From the NCBI GenBank assembly GCA_046754465.1, contig JBHHVU010000081.1:1-10298 (forward strand): a DNA stretch of 10,298 nt, written 5' to 3'. Source of the DNA: Nitrospinaceae bacterium (GTDB lineage: Bacteria > Nitrospinota > Nitrospinia > Nitrospinales > VA-1). Below the pieces are notes generated by a model that was given only the letters and a program-made list of their open reading frames with translations, ran no database searches and was not told the origin of the DNA. A program made the position numbers and the translations under genes. Below are positions 1 through 7,923 of the stretch, piece after piece; within the stretch, counting starts at the first letter, position 1, and each line of letters starts with the position of its first letter.

Positions 1-100
1 AGAGACCGGTTTTTTTCGGCAAGGGTACCTTCCTCCCGGCATGGGGTTGAAGGCCGAATCACCGGCCTGGACCCACCGCAACCGGTTCAAATTGTTTTTT

Positions 101-105
101 GAGGA
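101..105 (+). promoter_or_regulatory. Shine-Dalgarno site of nifJ
   Basis: GAGGA 5 nt upstream of ATG 111. Confidence 0.75.
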
Positions 106-110
106 ATGCC

Positions 111-3100
111 ATGGCCAGGAAAACCGCCATCCTAGACGGTAATGAAGCCGCCGCCACCATCGCCCACCGAACGAACAAAGTGATCGCCATTTACCCCATC
201 ACCCCCGCGTCTCCCATGGGGGAGCATGCGGATACATGGTCCGCCGAGGGAATTAAAAACATCTGGGGGGTGGTCCCCAGTGTCGTGGAAATGCAGTCGG
301 AGGCCGGGGCGGCGGGAACCGTGCACGGGTCCCTCCAGGCGGGAGCCTTGACAACCACCTTCACCGCCTCCCAGGGACTTTTATTGATGATCCCCAACAT
401 GTTCAAGATCGCCGGAGAGTTGCTCCCGGCGGTTTTTCATATCGCTTCGCGGACCGTGGCCACCCACGCCCTCTCCATTTTCGGCGATCATTCCGATGTC
501 ATGGGAGCCCGGCAGACGGGATTCGCCATGCTGCATTCCGCGTCCGTTCAGGAGGCCCTGGATTTTGCCCTGATCGCCCAGGCGGCCGCCCTGGAGTCCC
601 GCATTCCTTTCATGCATGTTTTCGACGGATTTCGGACCTCCCACGAAATAGCGAAAATCGAAACGATCGATGATTCGGTGATCCGGGCCATGATCGACGA
701 GGACCACGTCATGGCCCACCGGGAACGCGCACTCAGTCCGGACCGGCCCTCCATCCGCGGGACCTCGCAGAATCCCGACGTGTTTTTCCAGTGCCGGGAA
801 GCCTCGAACCCGTTTTATTCGGCCTGCCCGGGGATCGTCCAGAAAACCATGGACCGGTTTGCCCAATTGGCGGGCCGGCAATACAAGCGGTTCGACTATC
901 ATGGCAGCCCCGATGCCCAGCGCGTCATAGTGATCCTTGGGTCCGGCGGTGAGATTGTCCGGGAAACCGTGGACCATTTGAACCGCGCCGGCGAAAAGGT
1001 GGGGGCCGTTCAGGTCCGGCTATACCGGCCCTTTGACGCCCGGGCCTTCGTGGAAGCCCTGCCTCCCCGGACACGGTCGATTGCGGCGCTGGACCGGACC
1101 AAGGAACCGGGGGCGCTGGGGGAACCCCTGTACCAGGATGTTCTCACGGCCGTTGTCGAGCAGGGAGGGACATGGACTGGCGGCCGGCGGGAAATTCCGC
1201 GCGTCGTGGGCGGCCGTTATGGGCTTTCTTCCAAGGAATTCACCCCTGCCATGGTCAAGGCGGTGTTCGACGAGTTGGGGAAGGAAGAACCCAAAAACCA
1301 TTTTACCGTGGGTATCCGGGATGACGTCTCCCATACCAGTCTCGGCTACGATGAAGATTTTGTTTTGGAGTCCGATGACTGCGTCCGGGCGATGTTTTTT
1401 GGTTTGGGGTCCGACGGAACGGTAGGCGCCAATAAAAACACCATCAAGATCATCGGCGAGGAAACCGGCCAATACGTCCAGGGCTACTTCGTCTACGATT
1501 CCAAAAAATCGGGCTCGGTGACCATCTCCCACCTGCGTTTCGGCCCGCGGCCCATCCGCTCCAGCTACCTGATCCAGTCAGCGAATTTTGTGGCCTGTCA
1601 CCAATTCTCATTTCTGGAAAAGATCGACGTCCTGGAAAAGGCCGCGGCGGGAGGCACCTTCCTATTGAATTCCCCGCATCCCCCGGAGGAGGTCTGGCGG
1701 CATATTCCCGCTGAAGTGCAGGGGCGGATCCTGGGAAAAAAACTCCGGTTCTTCGTGATCGACGCCGGCCGCGTGGCCCGGGACGCCCAACTGGGAGGAC
1801 GGATCAACACCATCATGCAAACCTGTTTCTTTTACATATCCGGAATCCTGCCGAGGCAGGAAGCGGTCGCGGCCATCAAGAGATCCATCGAAAAAACCTA
1901 TCGCGGCAAGGGACAGGAAATCGTCGAGATGAATTACCGGGCGGTGGACCAAGCCGTGGCCAACCTCGCGGAAGTGCGGGTGCCAGAAACGGCGGGCGGC
2001 GCGTTCCGTCCTCCCCCGGTGCCGGCGGCGGCACCGGATTTTTTACAGCACGTGACCGCCCTTATCCTTTCCGGCAAGGGCGACAGCCTGCCCGTCAGCG
2101 CATTTCCGCCGGACGGCACCTGGCCATCGGGGACCGCCCGCTGGGAGAAAAGAAACATCGCGCCGGAAATTCCCATCTGGGATGCCGAGGTCTGCATCCA
2201 GTGCAACAAATGCGCCCTGGTCTGCCCCCATGCCGCCATCCGCGTCAAGGTGAGCGATCCGGCGGACCTCCAGGAGGCGCCGGAATCGTATGTGGCGGTG
2301 GATTACAAAGGCCCGGAATACCCTGGCATGAAGTACACCGTCCAGGTAGCGCCGGAAGACTGCACCGGATGCGGCGTCTGCGTCGATTATTGTCCCGCCA
2401 AAAACAAGAGCCGGCCAAAATTCAAGGCGATCAATATGAAATCCCACCTCGTGCACGCGGGACGGGAAAAAGCCAACTACGAGTTTTTCCTCTCGCTCCC
2501 CGATCCGGACCGTTCCCGCGTCCACGCTGACTCGGTCAAGGGCCCCCAATTCCTTCTCCCCCTGTTCGAGTATTCGGGGGCCTGCGCCGGGTGCGGGGAA
2601 ACACCCTACTTGAAGTTGATGTCCCAGCTTTTCGGCGACCACATCCTGATCGCCAACGCGACGGGTTGTTCCTCCATTTACGGCGGAAACCTGCCCACCA
2701 CGCCGTGGGCCGTGAACCCCGAGGGCCGTGGGCCCGCCTGGGCCAACTCCCTGTTCGAGGACAACGCCGAGTTCGGGCTGGGGTTCCGTCTGGCGGTGGA
2801 CCAACACCGGGCGCAGGCGAGACAGTTGCTGAAAACCCTCGCCTCAGATTTCGGGGAATCCCGCGTCCGCGAAATCCTGGAGAGTCCCCAAATCACCGAG
2901 GAAGAATTTCAAGGGCAGCGGGAGCGGGTCGGACGTCTCAAAACGTTTCTCACGGGCGGTTCCCGGCCGGAAGCGCGGGTTCTGTTATCCCTGGCGGATT
3001 ACCTCGTCGATAAAACCGTTTGGATCGTCGGCGGCGACGGCTGGGCGTATGACATCGGGTTCGGCGGGTTGGATCATATCCTGGCTTCGGGAAAAAACGT

Positions 3101-3677
3101 GAACATCCTCGTCCTGGATACCATGGTGTATTCCAATACGGGCGGGCAGATGTCCAAGTCCACTCCCCTGGCCGCCGCAGCCAAGTTCGCCTCCCACGGG
3201 AAATCCGTGCCCCGGAAGAATCTCGGTCAACTGGCCATGGCATACGGCCACGTTTATGTAGCCCAGGTGGCCATGGGCGCGCGGGATATCCAGACGGTCA
3301 AGGCCTTCCGCGAGGCGGAACGGTTTCCGGGCCCGTCCCTGATCATCTCTTACAGTCAATGCATCGCGCATGGAATCAATATGACCCTGGGCATGCGGCA
3401 TCAGAAAGCCGCGGTGGAATCCGGGTTTTGGCCCCTTTACCGGTTCAATCCGGGCAACTTGGAGCGGGGGGAAAATCCGCTTCATCTCGACAGCAAACCG
3501 CCCAAACTGAAATTCCGGGATTTCGCCCAAATGGAAACGCGGTTCCGGATGGTCGGACAAATGGACCCCCAACGGGCGGCCCGGCTGCTGGAACTGGCGC
3601 AGAAGGAAATCGACCGGGAATGGTCCTATCTCGAAAAACTGGCGGCGCTGGATTTTTCCAACGCGTCCCCGAAATAA
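111..3677 (+). CDS. nifJ: Pyruvate:ferredoxin (flavodoxin) oxidoreductase, single-chain homodimeric type (~1188 aa)
   Basis: Motifs AIYPITP, EMQSEAGAAG, TTFTASQGLLLMIPNM, DGFRTSHE, GGRYGLSSKEF, FGLGSDGTVGANK, YDSKKSG; two ferredoxin motifs CIQCNKCALVCP and CTGCGVCVDYCP; GACAGCGE, NATGCSSIYGG, TPP-binding GGDGWAYDIGFGG and YSNTGGQ. ATG at 111 preferred over TTG at 99 because GAGGA lies at 101-105. Confidence 0.97.
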   Translation: MARKTAILDGNEAAATIAHRTNKVIAIYPITPASPMGEHADTWSAEGIKNIWGVVPSVVEMQSEAGAAGTVHGSLQAGALTTTFTASQGLLLMIPNMFKIAGELLPAVFHIASRTVATHALSIFGDHSDVMGARQTGFAMLHSASVQEALDFALIAQAAALESRIPFMHVFDGFRTSHEIAKIETIDDSVIRAMIDEDHVMAHRERALSPDRPSIRGTSQNPDVFFQCREASNPFYSACPGIVQKTMDRFAQLAGRQYKRFDYHGSPDAQRVIVILGSGGEIVRETVDHLNRAGEKVGAVQVRLYRPFDARAFVEALPPRTRSIAALDRTKEPGALGEPLYQDVLTAVVEQGGTWTGGRREIPRVVGGRYGLSSKEFTPAMVKAVFDELGKEEPKNHFTVGIRDDVSHTSLGYDEDFVLESDDCVRAMFFGLGSDGTVGANKNTIKIIGEETGQYVQGYFVYDSKKSGSVTISHLRFGPRPIRSSYLIQSANFVACHQFSFLEKIDVLEKAAAGGTFLLNSPHPPEEVWRHIPAEVQGRILGKKLRFFVIDAGRVARDAQLGGRINTIMQTCFFYISGILPRQEAVAAIKRSIEKTYRGKGQEIVEMNYRAVDQAVANLAEVRVPETAGGAFRPPPVPAAAPDFLQHVTALILSGKGDSLPVSAFPPDGTWPSGTARWEKRNIAPEIPIWDAEVCIQCNKCALVCPHAAIRVKVSDPADLQEAPESYVAVDYKGPEYPGMKYTVQVAPEDCTGCGVCVDYCPAKNKSRPKFKAINMKSHLVHAGREKANYEFFLSLPDPDRSRVHADSVKGPQFLLPLFEYSGACAGCGETPYLKLMSQLFGDHILIANATGCSSIYGGNLPTTPWAVNPEGRGPAWANSLFEDNAEFGLGFRLAVDQHRAQARQLLKTLASDFGESRVREILESPQITEEEFQGQRERVGRLKTFLTGGSRPEARVLLSLADYLVDKTVWIVGGDGWAYDIGFGGLDHILASGKNVNILVLDTMVYSNTGGQMSKSTPLAAAAKFASHGKSVPRKNLGQLAMAYGHVYVAQVAMGARDIQTVKAFREAERFPGPSLIISYSQCIAHGINMTLGMRHQKAAVESGFWPLYRFNPGNLERGENPLHLDSKPPKLKFRDFAQMETRFRMVGQMDPQRAARLLELAQKEIDREWSYLEKLAALDFSNASPK

Positions 3678-3707
3678 CCCGCACCGGCTTCTGGAGGAAA
3701 CGGCAGG

Positions 3708-4700
3708 ATGGCTATGGACTTGAAGACTCGGTATCTGGGCTTTGAACTGGAACATCCCCTGGCGCCTTCGGCTTCCCCGCTGACCGGGAAACTGGAGACC
3801 CTGAAACAATTGGAGGATGCCGGGGCGTCCCTGGTGGTTCTTCATTCTTTGTTCGAAGAGCAAATCGAACACAGCATCAAGACCTCCGAACATTTCCTCA
3901 ACCTGGGCACGGAGACCTTTGCCGAATCGTTGACTTACCTCCCTTCCGGCAAAACCCTGGATCATGGAATCGAGGAATACCTCGACCTGATCCGCCGGAC
4001 GAAAGATTCGTTATCCATCCCCGTTGTTGCCAGCTTGAACGGGATGGACGCGGGCGGGTGGATCCAAACGGCGAAATTGATCGAAGAGGCCGGGGCCGAT
4101 GCCTTGGAGCTGAACGTGTATTTTATCGCGGCGGACCCCGGGCAATCCGGGGAACAGGTCGAAACCCGGTACCTCAGGATTTTGGAGCGTGTCAAATCCA
4201 CCGTCGGCCTTCCCGTCACGATGAAGCTGTCTCCCTTCTTCAGTTCCCTTCCCCATATGGCCCGCCGCCTGGTGGACGCGGGGGCGGAGGGCTTGGTTCT
4301 TTTTAACCGTTTTTACCAACCTGATATCCAGGTGGAGGAACTGGAACATTATTCCCATCTGACCCTTTCCACCCCGCAGGACCTGAAGCTTCCTCTACGT
4401 TGGATTTCCATTCTTTACGGGCGGCTCTCCTGCGATCTTGCCGCCACATCGGGTATCCACGGGGTCGAGGATGTCGTGAAGGCGGTGATGGCCGGGGCCT
4501 GCGTCACCCACCTGTGCTCCGCTCTGTTGCAAAACGGTCCCCGCCTCATCGGGCAACTTAAAACCGGACTCGCCGCCTGGCTGGAGGAACACGAATACCA
4601 ATCGCTCCGTCAAATGCAGGGTTCCATGAGTCAAATTCATTGCCCCGATCCTTCCGCCCTGGAACGCGCCAATTACATGGAAACTCTGTACAATTGGTGA
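3708..4700 (+). CDS. Dihydroorotate dehydrogenase-like FMN protein (DHOD-like family commonly encoded next to nifJ); true substrate uncertain
   Basis: N-terminus DLKTRYLGFELEHPLAPSASPL, SLFEEQI, IPVVASLNG, GADALELN, PVTMKLSPFFS, GLVLFNRFYQPD, LPLRWI, AATSGIH, C-terminal ERANY. GGAGG at 3693-3697. Alternative start ATG 3714. Confidence 0.9.
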   Translation: MAMDLKTRYLGFELEHPLAPSASPLTGKLETLKQLEDAGASLVVLHSLFEEQIEHSIKTSEHFLNLGTETFAESLTYLPSGKTLDHGIEEYLDLIRRTKDSLSIPVVASLNGMDAGGWIQTAKLIEEAGADALELNVYFIAADPGQSGEQVETRYLRILERVKSTVGLPVTMKLSPFFSSLPHMARRLVDAGAEGLVLFNRFYQPDIQVEELEHYSHLTLSTPQDLKLPLRWISILYGRLSCDLAATSGIHGVEDVVKAVMAGACVTHLCSALLQNGPRLIGQLKTGLAAWLEEHEYQSLRQMQGSMSQIHCPDPSALERANYMETLYNW

Positions 4701-4882
4701 TTTTTCGCTGAATGGAAAATCCCTAAAAAATCGTCCGGGAAATAGTGAAAAACCGTTTTCTGTGGTATGGTATGCCGCCGGTGTTTCAGTTAAGGTATAT
4801 TTCCGCTAGATTTTTGCAAAGATTCAGTTATTATTTTCAATTACGTTTCCCAGAGCCAACTCATGAATGAGGGAAAAATAAG
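4701..4882 (+). promoter_or_regulatory. AT-rich intergenic region, probable promoter region of the pnt genes
   Basis: 182-nt gap visibly much more AT-rich than the flanking CDSs; candidate -10 TATATT at 4796-4801 with no convincing -35; SD GAGGGA at 4869-4874. Confidence 0.5.
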
Positions 4883-6004
4883 ATGAAGATTGGTGTTCCC
4901 AAAGAAACAAGAAGCGGCGAGAAGCGGGTGGCGGCCACACCGGGTTCCATCAAGAGGCTGACGGGTAAAATCCAGGGACTCAAGTTTCAAATCGAATCCG
5001 GAGCCGGGGAGGGGTCGCATTTTCCCGATAGCGCATACACCGAAGTGGGAGCCGAGATCGTTGACCGGAAAACAGCGTTCGCGGGGGACATTGTCCTGAA
5101 AGTCCATCGTCCCACCGAGGTGGAGATCTCCCTCATGTCCAAAGGGGCGGTATTGGTGTCTTTTATCGAACCTTTCAAGGACGACGGGATCATTGAAAAG
5201 CTGGCCCAGGCGGGCATCGAAGCGTTTGGCCTGGAACTGATTCCCCGGATTTCCCGGGCGCAGTCGATGGACGCCCTGTCGTCCCAGGCCAACATCGCGG
5301 GGTACCGGGCGGTGATCGAAGCCGCCAATCATTACGGCCGGTTTTTCCCGACGATGATGACGGCCGCGGGATCGGCCAAACCGGCCAAGGTGATCATCCT
5401 CGGCGTCGGCGTTGCGGGGTTGCAGGCCATCGCCACCGCCAAACGGCTCGGGGCCAACGTGGAAGCCTTTGACGTGCGCCCAGAAGTGAAAGAACAGGTT
5501 CAATCCCTGGGTGCGAAGTTTATCGAAATCGATATCGGTGAAGACGGATCGGGCGCCGGCGGATATGCCAAGGAGTTGAGTGAAGAGGCCAAGGCCAGGC
5601 AACAGGCCGGGTTGACCGAAAAAATCAAGAAGGCCGATATCGTGATCACCACGGCGTTGATTCCGGGCCGGCCCGCTCCCCTGCTGGTGACTGAGGAGGC
5701 GGTGAAAGGCATGACGCCGGGATCGGTCATCGTCGATCTGGCCGCGGCCAACGGCGGCAACTGCCCCTTGACGGAAGCGGACAAAACCGTGGTGAAACAC
5801 GGCGTGACCCTGATCGGCAATACCAATCTCCTGGCGTTGATGCCCTCGGACGCCAGTGACTTTTATGCCCGCAACCTGATCAATCTGCTCATGCTCCTTA
5901 TCAAGGCCGAGGACCCGCCGGCTCTGAACATCGATCTTGAGGATGAGATCGTCGTCGGCGCCCTGGTGACCCATGAGGGGCAGGTTCGCTTTAAGAAAAA
6001 ATAG
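4883..6004 (+). CDS. pntAA: NAD(P) transhydrogenase subunit alpha part 1 (soluble domain I, NAD(H)-binding)
   Basis: MKIGVPKE...EKRVAATP, RISRAQSMDALSSQANIAGY, GVGVAGLQAIATAKRLGA, FDVRP, mobile loop GAGGYAKE, TTALIPGRPAP, VDLAAANGGNC; no membrane tail; followed by alpha2 and beta genes. Confidence 0.96.
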   Translation: MKIGVPKETRSGEKRVAATPGSIKRLTGKIQGLKFQIESGAGEGSHFPDSAYTEVGAEIVDRKTAFAGDIVLKVHRPTEVEISLMSKGAVLVSFIEPFKDDGIIEKLAQAGIEAFGLELIPRISRAQSMDALSSQANIAGYRAVIEAANHYGRFFPTMMTAAGSAKPAKVIILGVGVAGLQAIATAKRLGANVEAFDVRPEVKEQVQSLGAKFIEIDIGEDGSGAGGYAKELSEEAKARQQAGLTEKIKKADIVITTALIPGRPAPLLVTEEAVKGMTPGSVIVDLAAANGGNCPLTEADKTVVKHGVTLIGNTNLLALMPSDASDFYARNLINLLMLLIKAEDPPALNIDLEDEIVVGALVTHEGQVRFKKK

Positions 6005-6097
6005 GGCCGCTTGCTCCCGGATGCGGTCCCCCGGATGAAATTATTGAGTTGAAAGAATTTTCAGGCTTGTCCCCAGGTCAATTTTTAGGAGAAAAGC

Positions 6098-6442
6098 ATG
6101 TCCATGGACTGGTTGAGTTTATCGGGTTTTATGGTCGGCGCCATCGATACGCCGTCCTTGTCGCCATTCATGATCGGTTTGATCGTATTCGTTCTGGCCT
6201 GTTTTGTCGGTTATCACGTGATCTGGAACGTAACCCCCGCCCTCCACACGCCCCTCATGGCGGTGACCAATGCCATTTCGGGAATCATTGTGGTCGGGGC
6301 GCTCTTGATTGTCGCCAGTGAAACCGGGAATTGGGTGGAAATCTTGGGATTTTTCGGAGTGCTTCTTGCGTCCATCAACGTTTTTGGCGGTTTCGTGGTG
6401 ACCAAACGGATGTTGGCCATGTTCAAAAAACAAAAGCGGTAG
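6098..6442 (+). CDS. pntAB: NAD(P) transhydrogenase subunit alpha part 2 (membrane domain II fragment)
   Basis: [32 protein letters not shown] and [17 protein letters not shown] signatures; SD AGGAG at 6087-6091. Confidence 0.96.
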   Translation: MSMDWLSLSGFMVGAIDTPSLSPFMIGLIVFVLACFVGYHVIWNVTPALHTPLMAVTNAISGIIVVGALLIVASETGNWVEILGFFGVLLASINVFGGFVVTKRMLAMFKKQKR

Positions 6443-6454
6443 GGAATAAATTTT

Positions 6455-7846
6455 ATGATATCTCCAGACCTTTTTGCATTGATCTATCTGGTAGCGGGAA
6501 TTCTGTTCACGCTGGGGCTGAAAGGACTCAGCAATCCAGAATCGGCCCGTACGGGCAACGCCTTGGCCATGACCGGAATGGCCCTCGCCATCGCGGCTAC
6601 CCTGTTCAATCCGGCCGTCAAGAGTTATGAGTGGATCGTCGTGGCCATGCTCATCGGCGGCATCATCGGCACCATCATCGCGTTGCGGATTCATATGAAA
6701 TCCATGCCGCAGCTCGTGGCGGCGTTTCACAGCCTGGTGGGCCTCGCGGCGGTGCTGGTGGCCATTGGCACCTATCTGTCGCACGAACATGAGGGGGCCC
6801 TGAACAAGGTGCTCATGACCGAGCTGTTTTTGGGCAGTTTCATCGGCGCGGTTACGTTTACCGGATCGGTGATTGCCTTCGGCAAACTCCAGGAAATCCT
6901 GGGATCGGCCCCGGTGGTGTTCCGTGGACAGCACCTTCTCAACCTGGCCATGGGGATCGCGGTGCTGGTTCTGGGAGTCGTCTTCGTGGCACAGGATAAT
7001 TTCCCGGCCTTCCTGCTCCTCACCCTGATTTCACTGATTCTTGGGATCACCCTGATCATCCCCATCGGCGGGGCCGACATGCCGGTGGTGATCTCGATGC
7101 TCAACTCGTATTCCGGCTGGGCGGCGGCGGCGACGGGGTTCACTCTCAACAACATTCTGCTCATCATCACAGGGGCCCTGGTGGGTTCTTCCGGCGCGAT
7201 TCTCTCCTATATCATGTGCAGGGCCATGAACCGGTCCTTCATCAGCGTGATCCTGGGCGGATTCGGCGCCACGGGGGACGAGGAAGATACCGCCATGGTT
7301 CAGGCCCGGCAAAAGGGCGTGAAGGAAGCGGCGGTGGAAGACGCCGCCTTCATGATGGCCAATGCCAGCAAGGTGATCATCGTTCCGGGTTACGGGATGG
7401 CCGTGGCCCAGGCCCAGCATGCCGTCAAGGAAATGATGAATGTCATGCAGGAAAAAGGCGTCGACGTGAAATTCGCCATCCATCCCGTGGCCGGCCGCAT
7501 GCCGGGTCACATGAACGTCCTTCTTGCGGAAGCTGATGTCCCTTACGACGTGGTGTTTGAAATGGAGGAAATCAACAACGAGTTCGCCACCGCCGACGTG
7601 GCGCTGGTGATCGGAGCCAACGACGTCGTCAACCCCGACGCACGCTCGCTAAAATCCAGTCCCCTCTACGGGATGCCCATTCTGGATGCCTACAAGGCCC
7701 GGCTGGTATTCATCTGCAAGCGCTCGATGAAACCCGGCTACGCGGGGGTGGATAATTCCCTGTTTTACATGGATAACGCCTCCCTGGTGTTCGGCGATGC
7801 CAAGACCACCTGTGAAAAAATGGCCGCGGCGCTTGCGGAATCCTGA
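6455..7846 (+). CDS. pntB: NAD(P) transhydrogenase subunit beta (membrane domain II plus NADP(H)-binding domain III)
   Basis: MPQLVAAFHSLVGLAA (channel His), IGGADMPVVISMLNSYSGWAAAA (Asp and Asn), IMCRAMNRS, VPGYGMAVAQAQ, IHPVAGRMPGHMNV, GANDVVNP, KRSM..GYAG; SD-like AGGGA at 6441-6445. Confidence 0.97.
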   Translation: MISPDLFALIYLVAGILFTLGLKGLSNPESARTGNALAMTGMALAIAATLFNPAVKSYEWIVVAMLIGGIIGTIIALRIHMKSMPQLVAAFHSLVGLAAVLVAIGTYLSHEHEGALNKVLMTELFLGSFIGAVTFTGSVIAFGKLQEILGSAPVVFRGQHLLNLAMGIAVLVLGVVFVAQDNFPAFLLLTLISLILGITLIIPIGGADMPVVISMLNSYSGWAAAATGFTLNNILLIITGALVGSSGAILSYIMCRAMNRSFISVILGGFGATGDEEDTAMVQARQKGVKEAAVEDAAFMMANASKVIIVPGYGMAVAQAQHAVKEMMNVMQEKGVDVKFAIHPVAGRMPGHMNVLLAEADVPYDVVFEMEEINNEFATADVALVIGANDVVNPDARSLKSSPLYGMPILDAYKARLVFICKRSMKPGYAGVDNSLFYMDNASLVFGDAKTTCEKMAAALAES

Positions 7847-7923
7847 CCCCGGCCCTTTCCGGTTCCGCCAGTGTGGGAATGCCGGTCCCCGTTCCCCTTG
7901 GTTTATCTTACCCTCCCGCGGGC

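Noticed and set aside
47..61. FNR-box-like TTGAAGGCCGAATCA upstream of nifJ
   Set aside because: Half-site spacing and bases do not fit TTGAT-N4-ATCAA.
132..4640. Many nested or antisense ORFs within nifJ and the DHOD-like gene (e.g. 381-977, 2043-2807, 2985-3965)
   Set aside because: All overlap strongly supported CDSs, show no domain motifs and are Arg/Pro/Gly-rich off-frame translations.
3708..4700. Gene symbol pyrD or preA for the DHOD-like ORF
   Set aside because: No SCPN/SSPN catalytic loop, no C-terminal Fe-S motifs of PreA, and no pyrimidine-pathway context.
4741..4780. Possible Rex operator (TAGTGAAAAACCGTTTTC) or sigma54 promoter (TGGTATGGTATGC) upstream of pnt
   Set aside because: Only the left half resembles TTGTGAA-N4-TTCACAA, and the GG-to-GC spacing is 8 or 11 nt rather than the required 10.
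4841..5974. 377-aa ORF antisense to pntAA (likewise 6119-6934 and 7031-7510 antisense to pntAB/pntB)
   Set aside because: Shadow frames of well-supported genes with the typical His/Gly/Asp/Arg-rich antisense composition.
4883..6004. Alanine dehydrogenase call for the 373-aa ORF
   Set aside because: Shares the fold, but RAQSMDALSSQ and GGYAKE motifs and adjacent alpha2/beta genes identify transhydrogenase domain I.
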